Shown piece after piece: positions 20,760-32,094 of a stretch of DNA of 64,000 bases (position 1 is its first letter; each line of letters starts with the position of its first letter). The stretch covers positions 63,211-127,210 of the forward strand of contig CAVTUR010000004.1 in NCBI GenBank assembly GCA_963737945.1, in the 5' to 3' direction. The translations under genes and the position numbers were made by a program. The notes under the pieces are model-generated. The model was not told the DNA's origin and made no database searches. It saw only the letters and a list, made by a program, of their open reading frames with translations. The DNA is from Blastocatellia bacterium. GTDB lineage: Bacteria; Acidobacteriota; Blastocatellia; UBA7656.

Positions 20760-21270
20760 GCTTATCGTTCCTACCCGTGTCAGCCACCAGCTCGGGCTCT
20801 CCGCCATCGATCCGAAATCTTGAGCGAAGGCATGTCAGCCGTTGGAAGCCGCCGCAGTACTCCACTATATCGAAGCATACTCCACTCCGATCACGCCGCC
20901 GCCGCCGACGATTAGAGTTTTCGGAATGTTCTGTAATGCAAGTATCTGGTCGCTGTTGATTATCGTCTGGCCGTTTATGGGAGCCGTCGGCGAGTCGGCG
21001 GGCTTGGTGCCCGTTGCGATGACGATCGCCGTTGCTTCGTAGTCCGATTGGCCGCGTGAACTCACGACACGAATATGGGAGGGTCCAGGAAACTCGCCGC
21101 TCCGGTCAGCATATCGACCTCGTTTCGTGAAAGCTGGGCCTGGGTCACATCGACTTCAGTCTTCTTAACGTGCTGTATCCGGAACGACAGGTCGGCCATC
21201 GTGATCTTGTCCTTTACACGATAGTTCATCCCGTAAATACCCTGGTAGCGATAGCCGGACAGGTGCAAAA
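20760..21270 (-). pseudogene. sthA: Remnant of a soluble pyridine nucleotide transhydrogenase
   Basis: Fragments LHLSGYRYQGIYG..YRVK..IT..DL.FR and IVIATGTKP...IINSD...GGGVIGVEYASI in different frames, with stops and truncated ends. Confidence 0.75.
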
Positions 21271-21451
21271 AAACGTATGGAAGGCCTAAGACGCCTCCCA
21301 TCCTCATCTGGCCACCCTCTATGAATCGATGAGTTTAGCTCGGCTGCTGCACAGACGCTGAGATGCATGCGTGTCTGAGATGTGGAAACGGCAGTTAAGC
21401 AGTCTGCGGTTGAGAGGCTAAGTGGGACCGGGCTGTGCGGGGGGGGGCGAA

Positions 21452-21490
21452 TTCACATAAATTTAACATTCACGTCGCGGGATCTTAACA
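21452..21490 (+). promoter_or_regulatory. Putative Pho box upstream of pstS
   Basis: TTCACA (21452), TTAACA (21463) and TTAACA (21485) in 11-bp register. Confidence 0.7.
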
Positions 21491-21548
21491 GCGCCTCCGT
21501 ATAGTGGTGGTTTAGTATAGACCAAACCGAGAGCAGGAGGATAATGGA

Positions 21549-22637
21549 ATGAAGAGATACTTTGACGCGGCGCGAGCGATTGCGCCCCTGATCATCGCGG
21601 GGCTGATGATTGTACCTCTGGTTGGCTGTAGCTCCTCGCCGGGTGGCGACTCGAATGCCGAAGTAAAGCTGCAAGGCGCGGGCGCAACCTTTCCCAATCC
21701 CCTTTACCAGAAGTGGTTCAGCGAATACAACAAAGTCACCCCGACAGCAAAGTTTGACTATCAGTCGATTGGTTCGGGCGGCGGCATAAAGCAAATCTCC
21801 GCAAAGACCGTCGACTTTGGCGGGTCCGACGCTCCCATGAAAGACGAGGAACTAAAGGCAGCGCCGGGAGAAATCCTTCACATTCCTACCGTGCTGGGGG
21901 CAGTAGTTGTCACTTACAACCTTCCGTCTGTGACCACTGATCTCAAGCTCACGCCGGAGGCTATCGCCGGGATCTATCTTGGTAAGATTACAAAATGGAA
22001 TGATGCGGCAATCACATCTTCGAACCCAGGGGTCTCATTTCCCGATGCGGCCATTAACGTCGTTCGGCGCTCGGATGGGAGCGGAACCTCCTATGTCTGG
22101 ACTGATTACCTGTCCAAAGTGAGTCCCGAGTGGAAAGAAAAAATCGGCGCGGGAACGATGGTCAATTGGCCGCCGATCGGAATGGCGGCAAAAGGCAACG
22201 AAGGCGTCACCGGACAGATCAAGCAATCGCCGAACTCGATGGGCTATGTCGAATTGATTTATGCCGAACAGAACAAGCTGCCTTACGCAGCGGTCAAGAA
22301 TTCTTCGGGCGAATTCGTGAAGCCCACTCTCGAATCGGTCACCGCCGCGGCGGCGGGGGCGGCCGATCAAATGCCCGACGACCTGCGAGTTTCGATTACC
22401 AACGCGCCAGGCAAAGACGCGTATCCCATCTCGTCGTTCACTTATTTCCTCGTATACAAGAATCAAGACGATCAGGCAAAGGGAACGGCGCTGGTGAACT
22501 TCCTGTGGTGGGCGATTCACGACGGAGAGCAGATGACCAAGCCGTTACTCTACGCCCCCCTGCCGGCGGAGGTCACCGCCAAGGCTGAGCAGAAGATCAA
22601 GTCGATCACCTTTCAGGGCAAGCCGATCCGCGGCTAG
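21549..22637 (+). CDS. pstS: Phosphate ABC transporter substrate-binding lipoprotein
   Basis: Lipobox LVGC; GAGATFP, YQSIGSGGG, DFGGSD, RSDGSGT. Confidence 0.96.
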   Translation: MKRYFDAARAIAPLIIAGLMIVPLVGCSSSPGGDSNAEVKLQGAGATFPNPLYQKWFSEYNKVTPTAKFDYQSIGSGGGIKQISAKTVDFGGSDAPMKDEELKAAPGEILHIPTVLGAVVVTYNLPSVTTDLKLTPEAIAGIYLGKITKWNDAAITSSNPGVSFPDAAINVVRRSDGSGTSYVWTDYLSKVSPEWKEKIGAGTMVNWPPIGMAAKGNEGVTGQIKQSPNSMGYVELIYAEQNKLPYAAVKNSSGEFVKPTLESVTAAAAGAADQMPDDLRVSITNAPGKDAYPISSFTYFLVYKNQDDQAKGTALVNFLWWAIHDGEQMTKPLLYAPLPAEVTAKAEQKIKSITFQGKPIRG

Positions 22638-22655
22638 CAGGTTGGATCGCGCATC

Positions 22656-23672
22656 ATGGGATCAACGCTGACAGGAGCAGGTTCGGCGCCGCCTCGCACG
22701 CCGAACAAGCCGATCTCACCACTTGGCCGGGCGGCATCGAGTCTGACCGCCCGGCCACGCATTGGCGATTCATTGTTCAAGTTGGCCACCGGTGCGTTTG
22801 CGGTGCTCATCGCGGGTGTCGCCGTCTTGATAATGATCGAGATGGCGATCAATTCGAAGCTTCCGATCGCCAAATTCGGGTTCGGGTTTCTGACCCGCTC
22901 GGTTTGGGACCCGGTGGCGCAAGAGTTCGGGGCGCTGCCCTTCGTATACGGCACGGCCGTATCGGCGGTGATCGCGCTGGTCATCTCAGTTCCGATTAGT
23001 CTGGGTGTCGCTATCTATCTTGTTGAGAAGGCGCCGCCCAAACTGTCAAATCCGATTCTCTTTATTGTGCAGTTGCTGGCGGCTATTCCGTCAGTGGTCT
23101 TTGGGCTATGGGCGATCTTCGTGCTGGCTCCGATGTTGCGGAGTCATGTTTATCCGGCGTTGCAGTCGACTCTTGGATTCATCCCGCTGTTTCGAGGAAA
23201 TCAGAATGGGCTTGGCATGCTCACGGCCGGGCTTATTTTATCGATCATGGTCGTGCCGATTATTACCGCCGTAACGACCGACGTGCTTCGTGCGGTGCCA
23301 GGCATGCAGCGAGAGGCGGCGCTGGCGCTCGGGGCAACAAAATGGGAAGCGACTCTCATCGTCTTGCAGAACGCGAAGTCGGGCATTTCGGGAGCGATCA
23401 TTCTCGGGCTCGGCCGCGCGGTTGGCGAGACGATGGCGGTCACAATGGTGATCGGCAACAGGTCGCAAATATCCGCCTCGCTACTTGACCCGTCGTACAC
23501 TATTGCCTCAGTTATCGCCAACGAGTTTACCGAAGCCACTTCGGAGATTTATCTGCAGTCGCTCATCGAGCTCGGTCTGATTCTGTTTTTCGTCACGTTC
23601 ATCATAAACATGCCGGCGCGCTTATTGGTGTGGAGCGTGACCCGCGGAGCGGGGAGAGGTGCGAATGGCTAG
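22656..23672 (+). CDS. pstC: Phosphate ABC transporter permease
   Basis: LAAIPSVVFGLW, REAALALGATKWE, GRAVGETMAV. Confidence 0.95.
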   Translation: MGSTLTGAGSAPPRTPNKPISPLGRAASSLTARPRIGDSLFKLATGAFAVLIAGVAVLIMIEMAINSKLPIAKFGFGFLTRSVWDPVAQEFGALPFVYGTAVSAVIALVISVPISLGVAIYLVEKAPPKLSNPILFIVQLLAAIPSVVFGLWAIFVLAPMLRSHVYPALQSTLGFIPLFRGNQNGLGMLTAGLILSIMVVPIITAVTTDVLRAVPGMQREAALALGATKWEATLIVLQNAKSGISGAIILGLGRAVGETMAVTMVIGNRSQISASLLDPSYTIASVIANEFTEATSEIYLQSLIELGLILFFVTFIINMPARLLVWSVTRGAGRGANG

Positions 23673-24507
23673 CCTGGCCCGCCGGAAATTTGTAAACACC
23701 ACTATGACCGTGGTGACCGGTTTGTGCGCGCTCTTAGCGGTGGCGTCTTTATTCTTTATTCTCGGGTACATCTTTTGGGGTGGGTTGCGGGGCCTGAGCT
23801 TTGCCTTTCTGGTTAACTCGCCAAAGCCGATTGGTGAACCAGGCAGCGGAATCGCAAACGCCATTGTCGGGTCAGCCATTCTGATTGCTCTCGGATCTTT
23901 GGTCGGGATGCCCGTGGGAATCATGGGCGGAATATATCTCTCGGAGTTTGGCTCAAACAAGTTTGGGCTTTTGCTGCGGTTCCTGATCGACACGCTCACA
24001 GGGACGCCATCGATATTGGTCGGCGTGTTTGTATGGACGGTGATGGTTCATCCAATGGGATACTTCTCGGCGTTGTCCGGGGGCGTCGCGCTGGGAATAA
24101 TGATGATGCCGATAGTCGCCCGCACGACTGAGGAGATGATAAGGCTTGTGCCGCAGAGCCTGAGAGAAGCCGGACTGGCCCTGGGAGCGCCAAGGTGGCG
24201 GGTAACGCTGGGAATTGTGTTGCGTACCGCTGCGAGCGGGGTCGCTACCGGCGCTATGCTGGCGGTCGCGAGGATAGCCGGAGAAACCGCGCCCTTACTG
24301 TTTACGGCGCTCGGGCTGAATTACTTGAGCACAAACCTGTTTCAGCCGATGGCTTCATTGACGTTTCAGATCTACTACTACGCCCAGTCGCCTTACGAGG
24401 AATGGCACGACATGGCCTGGGCAGCGACATTGGTGCTGGTGACAATGATTCTTGCATTGAATATAACCGTCAGGGTCCTCACGCGAAACAGGCATCGGCA
24501 GGCCTGA
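23665..24507 (+). CDS. pstA: Phosphate ABC transporter permease
   Basis: [32 protein letters not shown]. Confidence 0.95.
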   Translation: MASLARRKFVNTTMTVVTGLCALLAVASLFFILGYIFWGGLRGLSFAFLVNSPKPIGEPGSGIANAIVGSAILIALGSLVGMPVGIMGGIYLSEFGSNKFGLLLRFLIDTLTGTPSILVGVFVWTVMVHPMGYFSALSGGVALGIMMMPIVARTTEEMIRLVPQSLREAGLALGAPRWRVTLGIVLRTAASGVATGAMLAVARIAGETAPLLFTALGLNYLSTNLFQPMASLTFQIYYYAQSPYEEWHDMAWAATLVLVTMILALNITVRVLTRNRHRQA

Positions 24508-24572
24508 CGCGAGGGTTCTTGAACAAAACAATGACTAAATCGCCGGACGATTCGCACAAAGAGGACGAAAGC

Positions 24573-25433
24573 ATGGATAGCAGCGTTTCGGTGTCTTCAC
24601 CCGTCTTGCCACCGGTGAGCGAGGTCCAACTTCGGAAGAAGTCAGAGATTGAGTCGGACGCGAAGCAGGTTGCCTCGCCGGACAAGATAAAGATCGAGAA
24701 TCTCAATTTTTACTACGGCAAGACCCGCGCGCTGAAGGACATCACTCTCTCGATTCCGCCAAACCAGGTTACCGCGTTCATCGGACCCTCGGGCTGCGGC
24801 AAGTCGACATTGCTTCGCACGCTCAACCGGATGAACGATGTGATACCTGGCATTCGTGTTGAGGGTCGTATCGAACTTGACGGCGAGGACATCTACGCTC
24901 CGCGTACCGATGTCGTGTCGCTCAGGCGGCGCGCGGGTATGGTGTTCCAGAAATCCAATCCCTTCCCCCGATCGATCTTCGACAACGTCGCCTACGGGCT
25001 CAAAATCAACAACATCGCGCACTCAAAGAGAGATCTTGCCAATCGTGTGGAAGCCAGCTTGAGAGGGGCGGCGATCTGGGACGAGGTAAAGGATCGATTG
25101 AACGCGTCGGCGTACGGGTTGTCCGGAGGTCAGCAGCAGCGGCTTTGCATCGCGCGAGCGCTTGCTGTAGAGCCGGAAGTCGTGTTGATGGACGAACCGT
25201 GTTCCGCACTCGATCCGATAGCGACCCAGAAGATTGAAGAGCTGATCGTTGAGCTTCGAGCGAAATACACGATAGTCATCGTTACGCACAACATGCAGCA
25301 GGCGGCTCGGGTGTCGGACCTGACTGCCTTTTTTTGGCTTGGCGAGATGATTGAGTTCAACACAACGGAAAAGATGTTCACCAAGCCCGACAAGCAAATG
25401 ACAGAAGACTACATCACCGGGCGTTTTGGATGA
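24573..25433 (+). CDS. pstB: Phosphate ABC transporter ATPase (start uncertain)
   Basis: [45 protein letters not shown]. Confidence 0.96.
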   Translation: MDSSVSVSSPVLPPVSEVQLRKKSEIESDAKQVASPDKIKIENLNFYYGKTRALKDITLSIPPNQVTAFIGPSGCGKSTLLRTLNRMNDVIPGIRVEGRIELDGEDIYAPRTDVVSLRRRAGMVFQKSNPFPRSIFDNVAYGLKINNIAHSKRDLANRVEASLRGAAIWDEVKDRLNASAYGLSGGQQQRLCIARALAVEPEVVLMDEPCSALDPIATQKIEELIVELRAKYTIVIVTHNMQQAARVSDLTAFFWLGEMIEFNTTEKMFTKPDKQMTEDYITGRFG

Positions 25434-25458
25434 TTTTAGTGGGTGACGGGGGGCGGTA

Positions 25459-26118
25459 ATGCACAAGCGGCTGATTGAAAAGAACCTCGACCAAATACGC
25501 GACAAGCTGCTCGTCATGGGCGGCGCGGCAGAGAAATCCATAATGCTGTCGATGCGCGCTCTGGAGCAGCGTGACTCGGGTCTGGCGGAACGAGTGATCC
25601 ACGAAGACGACGCTATAGACGCTATGGAGGTCGAGTTGGATCAGATGTGTGTCGATGTCCTGGTGCTGAAACAGCCGGCGGCGTCGGATCTGCGATTTGT
25701 CGTCTCTGTGGCGCGAACGGCGCCGATGGTCGAGCGAATAGCGGATCACACGGTAAATATTGCCAAGCATGTCCTTGAGCTAAACAATGAGCCGCAGTTT
25801 GACGTTGGGTTGGACCTTGCAAAAATGTTTAGCATAGTTCAGGAGATGCTCGTTGATGGACTGGACGCCTTTACATCGGGCGACCCGGACAAGGCCCGAG
25901 CGACCATCGAGCGGGACGATGAAGTCGATTCCCTTTACGATATTTTCTATTCTGAACTGATCACGGCGATGGGACGTGATTCGTCGCTTGTCGAGCGCGG
26001 CGTGCAATGGCTCTTTGTGATCAAGCACCTTGAGCGAATCGCCGACTATGTAACCAATATCTGTGAGCAGATCATCTACATGGCGCGCGGACAGGTCATC
26101 AAGCACTCGGTATGGTAG
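25459..26118 (+). CDS. phoU: Phosphate signalling protein PhoU
   Basis: QPAASDLR, ERIADH and ERIADY repeats. Confidence 0.94.
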   Translation: MHKRLIEKNLDQIRDKLLVMGGAAEKSIMLSMRALEQRDSGLAERVIHEDDAIDAMEVELDQMCVDVLVLKQPAASDLRFVVSVARTAPMVERIADHTVNIAKHVLELNNEPQFDVGLDLAKMFSIVQEMLVDGLDAFTSGDPDKARATIERDDEVDSLYDIFYSELITAMGRDSSLVERGVQWLFVIKHLERIADYVTNICEQIIYMARGQVIKHSVW

Positions 26119-26123
26119 CAACG

Positions 26124-26852
26124 ATGGAAGCAAAACTGAACGCGCCGGGAAGCGAGAACGGCATTCGCAGCATCGTAGTCGTCGAAAACGTTCAGGACGT
26201 TGCAGACTCGATTCGGTACTGCCTCGAACACCAGGGATTCCGCGTACGCGTAGCAACCACTCGTCAGGTCGCGCTCGATATGGTGCTCGAGCATCCGCCC
26301 AACCTTGTGCTGCTCGACATAACTCTCCCGGACATGAGCGCCTTCGAATTGTGCCGCCGATTTCGCGCGGAGGCCGCAACCATGAGCGTGCCGATAGTGA
26401 TGCTCACCGCTCGCACCGAGGAGTCGGACCAGGTGCTGGGAATTGAACTCGGCGCGGATGACTACCTGACAAAGCCTTTTACAATGCGAGAGCTCCTGGC
26501 GAGAGTCAACGCGATTCTGAGGCGCACGGTCGATCCGGATGAAGGACCGGTTTACGATGATGGAGTCCTGGTAATAGACCCGTGGGCCTTCAGCGTACGC
26601 TACGAAGGTCGCGAGGTAAGGCTCACTCGCAAGGAGATGAGACTCCTCGAAGAACTGGCTCGCAACGAGGGCCGGGTGATGATGCGAGAGGTTCTGCTCG
26701 ACCGGATCTGGGGACTAAGCCATTACGGCGATTCTCGCACGCTGGATGTACACATCAGGAGATTGCGAGCGAAGCTCGGCAATTCGTCCCTGATCGAAAC
26801 TGTCACAGGCATCGGATATCGGCTGAACGGTTCACGTTCCGGACACGAGTAG
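26124..26852 (+). CDS. phoB: OmpR/PhoB-family response regulator (copy 1, atypical acidic pocket)
   Basis: LLDITLP, GADDYLTKPF, SRTLDVHIRRLR; directly follows phoU. Confidence 0.85.
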   Translation: MEAKLNAPGSENGIRSIVVVENVQDVADSIRYCLEHQGFRVRVATTRQVALDMVLEHPPNLVLLDITLPDMSAFELCRRFRAEAATMSVPIVMLTARTEESDQVLGIELGADDYLTKPFTMRELLARVNAILRRTVDPDEGPVYDDGVLVIDPWAFSVRYEGREVRLTRKEMRLLEELARNEGRVMMREVLLDRIWGLSHYGDSRTLDVHIRRLRAKLGNSSLIETVTGIGYRLNGSRSGHE

Positions 26853-26889
26853 GCAATCCCAAGAGCCCACCAGACGTTTGGCGAAGAAT

Positions 26890-26928
26890 TTAACATTGCC
26901 GAAACGTGCCCATAACCTAGTTTTTACC
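26890..26928 (+). promoter_or_regulatory. Putative Pho box upstream of the porin gene
   Basis: TTAACA, GAAACG, ATAACC and TTTACC at 26890, 26901, 26912 and 26923 (11-bp period). Confidence 0.6.
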
Positions 26929-27089
26929 TGGTTGCCGGATAATAGCCGACTCTGCTGAAGCCCGGTTGTTGTATCGAGAGCGTTCGCCGGAAAACTTCAT
27001 CATCAGCAATACGACAGCAGTATTAGATCGTTCTGCCACGACCAGTTATGAACGACACACAAACCCCTCTTTTCACAAGGAGAACCTCA

Positions 27090-28667
27090 ATGCGAAATAA
27101 AGCACGGACTATCGTGTGCCTTAGTATCACGATTCTTCTCTTGCTCAGTCTGTCCATTCCGGCTGCCGCCGCACAACAGCCAGGTCAGGGTAGGGAAATT
27201 GCCAGAAGTCTGGACGATTCAACCGGCAAATCAGCCGCGCCCGAGGAGAAGACTGTCAATATCAAACGAGAAGATGCTGCTGCTTCGCCGAGCGTCGAGG
27301 ACCGGCTCAAAGCGATGGAGCACGTCATCGAGCAGCAACAACGCGAGATACAAACCCTTCGGGATATCGTTGAAAAGAAATCGGTCGAAACGGCGAACCT
27401 GCGACCCGCAGACGCCGCGCAGACCCAGGGCATTCAGCCCCAGTTGGCGACTGCGGCAAATCAAACGCCTGCAGCGGGCAAGAGTGACACCCCGCCTTCA
27501 GATTCTCAAAAGAAGGTGGACGAGTTGTACAAAAAGTTCGGCGCGATTCGATTCAGCGGAGATCTTCGATTCAGAGCGGAGACCTTTCGAAACCAGGGCT
27601 TCGATGCTCTAGCCGAAGCAGCCGATCGCAATCGCCTCCGCTACCGCGCACGCCTCGCTCTCGATGGAATTATCGACAAACACTTCGACTGGGGCATGCG
27701 ACTGGCCAGCGGTATCTTCACTGACCCGATCTCCACCAATCAAACTCTCACGGATACCTTCGAACGGAAGCCAATTACCCTGGATCGCGCATTCTTACGA
27801 TACGACTCGAGGGGCGATAAGGTCGGAGTGCAACTCATAGCCGGAAAGTTCGAACCCACCTTCCGGCGCACTCAGATGGTGTATGATGATGACTTGAACG
27901 TTGAAGGCGCCTCCGAAGCTCTCTACTTCAAGACTAAGTCGGCGCTCAGACAGGTCAAGATCATAGGGTTCGAGTTGCCATTCAACGAGGTCTCCGGCGG
28001 AAAAGACGGGATCCTTTACGGCGGGCAGCTGCAAACCGACTGGCAATTCTCCCACGTTGTTACCGCCAATGTGAATCTCTCCTACTACGATTGGAACCAT
28101 CCTGACCAGATCATAGGGTTGTTGGGCGCCGCCACCAACGTGGTAAACGGCGGCATAACTAACGGCGCGGGAGTGACCGGCGGTCAGAACGGTTCGCTGG
28201 GCACCACCAACCGTATCGTGAGAAACGCCGCGGGTACGCCAATCGGGTTTCTAGCCGGATTCAATCTCGTGGACGTTCTCGGCAACTTGACCTGGCAGGC
28301 CAAGAGCCGTTTCCCTCTGTCCCTCACCTTTGACTTTGTGCACAACGCTACCGGCCGTGTGAGGGATGAAAAGGACGCCTTTTGGGTCGGCGGGCAGGTT
28401 GGGCAGACCAAAGAAAAGGGTGATTGGATGTTCGGCTACTACTTCACTCGGATAGAGCAGGACGCTGTGCTTGTGCCGTTCAACTTCAGCGATATCCTGG
28501 CTTCAAACAGCCGCGCTCACATGCCAACGATCGCCTATCAAATAGCCAACAACGTCACGTTTCAATGGACCGGGTTGTTCTCGCAGCGCGAAAACAGAGT
28601 AGTGCTGGCTTCGCCCGCCAATCGCTACCTAAATCGCATGCAGTTTGATTTTATCTACAAGTTCTGA
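27090..28667 (+). CDS. Putative outer-membrane porin (Porin_5-like) with N-terminal coiled coil
   Basis: Signal peptide, coiled coil, FSGDLRFR..., P.STNQTL, LDRAF, C-terminal Phe. Confidence 0.75.
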   Translation: MRNKARTIVCLSITILLLLSLSIPAAAAQQPGQGREIARSLDDSTGKSAAPEEKTVNIKREDAAASPSVEDRLKAMEHVIEQQQREIQTLRDIVEKKSVETANLRPADAAQTQGIQPQLATAANQTPAAGKSDTPPSDSQKKVDELYKKFGAIRFSGDLRFRAETFRNQGFDALAEAADRNRLRYRARLALDGIIDKHFDWGMRLASGIFTDPISTNQTLTDTFERKPITLDRAFLRYDSRGDKVGVQLIAGKFEPTFRRTQMVYDDDLNVEGASEALYFKTKSALRQVKIIGFELPFNEVSGGKDGILYGGQLQTDWQFSHVVTANVNLSYYDWNHPDQIIGLLGAATNVVNGGITNGAGVTGGQNGSLGTTNRIVRNAAGTPIGFLAGFNLVDVLGNLTWQAKSRFPLSLTFDFVHNATGRVRDEKDAFWVGGQVGQTKEKGDWMFGYYFTRIEQDAVLVPFNFSDILASNSRAHMPTIAYQIANNVTFQWTGLFSQRENRVVLASPANRYLNRMQFDFIYKF

Positions 28668-28745
28668 GAGGCGATCTCGAACTAACCGCCGCCGGGAAGG
28701 CGCAGCGAATAAGGACGTTGCGCGCTTCCTGCGGCTCAGAACACA

Positions 28746-29218
28746 TGAGCAAGGAAGCCTCCACTTTCACGCAGGTGTACCTGAACCGCAAGGTGATGGT
28801 CGAAGTTAAGGCGGGCGCCGCGGAGGTAGAACGCGTCGCAGGCGAGGCGCTACTTCATGTTCCCGGCATAGTAGACTTCTTTACGCGTACTCAACTTATG
28901 AACGGCCAGACGCCACAGAGTGTAATCGCTCAGCGATTATCAAACGGCTTCAACCCGGTTCGATCGGGTGATATCTGGTTACTCACCAAACCTTACGCGT
29001 TCCTTGCCGAGGGAGAGATAGCCACTACACATGGGTCCCCTTACGACTACGACACCCATGTTCCGATTATTCTCATTGGCCCGGGAATTCGTCCGGGTCG
29101 CTATCACGGCGAGTGTTCGCCTTCTGATATTACTCCGACTCTATGCGACTTGATTGGCGTTGAGCCGCCACCTGCTCGCACCGGCCGCGTGCTCGCTGAG
29201 GCGCTAGAAGCTCCCTAA
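28746..29218 (+). pseudogene. C-terminal fragment of a PafA-type alkaline phosphatase / nucleotide pyrophosphatase
   Basis: RSGD, TTHGSPYDYDTHVP, DITPTL, GRVL motifs; the N-terminal catalytic part is absent. Confidence 0.75.
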
Positions 29219-29303
29219 GCGCGGATTACTTGAGCGACGCGATTGGGAGATCCGTAAAACGTTACGAAATTCGGTTGCTCAGTTGTCGTCCAAGAGAGTA
29301 GAT

Positions 29304-30002
29304 ATGGTAACACGAGCAGAGGAAACGCGGGTCCGCACCATAATCATCGTCGAAGATGACGAAGACATCGCGGACTCAATACGGTACAACCTGGACCGCG
29401 AAGGCTTCCGCGTACGCGTCGCGGTGACGGGCGAAGACGCGCTCAGCCTGATCCTCAATGGTCCGCCAAGCCTGATCCTTTTGGACCTCAATCTGCCTGG
29501 GATGAACGGATTTGAGATATGCCGGCGTCTCCGCGCGGAACCCACGACCGCAACCATCCCGATTCTGATGCTGACTGCCCGCGCGGATGAAACAGACAAG
29601 GTCCTGGGGTTGAACATGGGAGCAGACGATTACATAACTAAGCCATTCAGCACGCGTGAACTTGTAGCGCGAGTCAACGCTGCGCTTCGTCGCTCAGACG
29701 GCTCGCAAGTCGAACGCCCGGTCTTTGACAACGGATCGCTCAGGATCGATCCTTCGACTTTCCGGGTGTGCTTTCAGGAGCGTGACGTGCGAATGACCAG
29801 GAAGGAGTTCGCGCTACTGTCCGAACTGGCGCGCAATCAAGGGCGAGTGCTGACGCGGGAAACACTGCTCGATCGGGTGTGGGGGATGAACTACTTTGGC
29901 GACTCCCGCACGCTGGATGTGCACATTCGGCGGCTAAGGCAAAAGTTAGGCGATCCAGCGCTGATTGAAACCGTTACTGGTATAGGCTATCGTCTGTTGT
30001 GA
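29304..30002 (+). CDS. phoB: PhoB-family response regulator (copy 2, canonical)
   Basis: VEDD, LLDLNLP, GADDYITKPF and winged helix; precedes phoR. Confidence 0.88.
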   Translation: MVTRAEETRVRTIIIVEDDEDIADSIRYNLDREGFRVRVAVTGEDALSLILNGPPSLILLDLNLPGMNGFEICRRLRAEPTTATIPILMLTARADETDKVLGLNMGADDYITKPFSTRELVARVNAALRRSDGSQVERPVFDNGSLRIDPSTFRVCFQERDVRMTRKEFALLSELARNQGRVLTRETLLDRVWGMNYFGDSRTLDVHIRRLRQKLGDPALIETVTGIGYRLL

Positions 30003-30026
30003 TTCGCGTCCGCCGGCAAGGTGACC

Positions 30027-31392
30027 ATGAGAGGAATTGCCTATCGAGTCGGTTTGGCGGCTCTTGGTGCGCTGATCGTCTTTATAATAGACTCGTCGAT
30101 CGAAGAGCTGTTGTCTCCCCAAGTCTCGAAAGTCATGGTCCACGCGATCAGCATAGGCTTGGTCGCGGTTCTGACGTTCCTCGTGCTTTCTTACGCTATG
30201 CCCCACCGCAACGCGCTTCTCGAGACCAGGCGGCAACCGGACATGTCTGAGGATGCAAACCGCCTGCTCTTGCCTTTACTTGCCACGATGCGCGAGGGCA
30301 TTCTGATCGTCAACTCACATCTGGACATCATTCTATACAACGATGCGGCGACGAATATAGTCAGGCTGCCGGTCAAGGAGAGTCGGTACGGCGCAGGAAC
30401 TGGACCTGCGGACGATTCCGCCTCCGAGTTGCTTGCTGCAATGGCGCCGACCCATGGGCGCCTGGAGTTGAGCGTCAATCAACGGCCGAGGCTCATAGAC
30501 GCTACCCGTGATCCGGCAATCAACGATGCGTTCCGGCAGGTTCTGGATCAACGAACCGCTGTCGAGATACGCGTCGAACTGATAGGACGCGCACCGCGCA
30601 TCTATCATCTCCGCGTTACGCCGCTTGATGCCGACCTGGCGGCCGGGGTCTTTTTTGACATCACGGAGCTTGAGCGCCTGGAGCGGGTTCGCAGAGAATT
30701 CTTCGCTAACCTGTCGCACGAGTTGCGCACGCCGCTGACTGCCATTCTTGCTTATGCCGAAACGCTGGAGGCAGGCGGATTCGACGATCCGCAAAATGGT
30801 AGACGTTTCGTCGGGAAGCTGCACAAACAAGCCACCCGAATGAGCAAGCTGATTACCGACATTTCAGACCTCTCGGCAATCGAATCCGGCAACATTCATC
30901 TCGTATTAGAACCGCTGCGATTACACGGCATAGTCTCCGATGTGATCGCCCTTGCGGAAGCCCACCGACAAGACCGTCCGGTTTCATTCTGCGTATCAGT
31001 TCCGGAGAACCTGTTCGTTCAGGCTGACCGCACTCGTCTCGAGCAGATCCTAAGTAACCTTATCGATAACGCGGTGAAATTCAACCGCCCAGGTGGGCTC
31101 GTAACAGTAAATGCAGAGCAAACAGGGGAGAAAGCCGCAATCTATTATTGAAGACACCGGTGTCGGTATTAGCGCTTTGGACCTGCCTCGCATATTCGAA
31201 CGTCTTTATCGCGCCGATAAATCTCGTTCGAACAGAATAGAAGGAGCGGGTCTGGGATTGGCTATTGTCAAACATCTCGTTCAGGCGCATTGCGGTGAGA
31301 TCACAGCTAAGAGCGAACTAGGTCGCGGCTCGCGCTTCGCGTTCACTGTCCCCCTGGCCGCGGCCGCCGAACAGATGAACGAGAACGTCTAA
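30027..31392 (+). CDS. phoR: PhoR-like sensor histidine kinase; frameshift near 31145
   Basis: Two TM segments, PAS-like region, [17 protein letters not shown]; DTGVGI and GAGLGLAIV boxes continue in ORF 31111..31392. Confidence 0.88.
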
Positions 31393-31540
31393 GCTGTGGT
31401 ATCGGCTGTTGATGTCTACGCAGGCTTGGGGCTCTTCTGAACTTCAGAAGCGCGGAAGCTTGCGCGAATCACGACGAATCGTGAATTCTTGAACTGGCGC
31501 CTGGTCGACCACTACGCGCGCCGCAAAAACGGAGGCAGAC

Positions 31541-31954
31541 ATGACTGAGGAGTTCGTGCCGATTAAGGTCACGGGTTGTGATGAGAGCAAGGTGAGAAAG
31601 GCCTCAAGCAGCAAAGTGCGGTATGTTGTGCCTTTTTCGCTATCCGCCAAACCGCCTCAAGACTGGGAAGACATTTTTGATGACGTATGGCGCGCACAAC
31701 GTAAGCTATCGTCCGCTCCGAAGGCGCAAGCATATCTCAGAAAGGGCGTGATGGTGGTGGAGTGCGGATTGGAGGATGTGAAAAACGCTTTCCCCAACCT
31801 TCGTGTTTCTATGGAGGCCGCCAACGAGACGTATCTGGCACAGCTTCGGCAAAAGGCCGAGAAGAATGAAAAGAAAAAGCGCAAGCGCGAAGAAGAGAGA
31901 CTTGCCGAGAGACTCGCAATCAAAGAAGCGCTTGAGGGATTGGATTTCTCGTAG
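31541..31954 (+). CDS. Hypothetical protein
   Basis: GGAGG RBS; 137-aa ORF with a charged C-terminal helix. Confidence 0.65.
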   Translation: MTEEFVPIKVTGCDESKVRKASSSKVRYVVPFSLSAKPPQDWEDIFDDVWRAQRKLSSAPKAQAYLRKGVMVVECGLEDVKNAFPNLRVSMEAANETYLAQLRQKAEKNEKKKRKREEERLAERLAIKEALEGLDFS

Positions 31955-32002
31955 CCTGGCTGACGAGTGTGATGGAAACCCCCTTCATTAGCGAAAACTC
32001 CG

Positions 32003-32094
32003 CGGAGGCTGATAGCGATCCCCCTTGAATCAGCCTCCGTTAGATCAAAACTGCCGGGCCATTCACATTCTCGATCGGTAGAATGAATGGCCCC
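32003..32094. terminator. Two hairpins between convergent genes, possible terminators
   Basis: CGGAGGCTGAT/ATCAGCCTCCG and GGGCCATTCA/TGAATGGCCC. Confidence 0.45.

Noticed and set aside
24195-24572. Long N-terminal extension of PstB in the ORF track
   Set aside because: It overlaps pstA in another frame; a downstream ATG with an RBS-like sequence gives a normal-sized PstB
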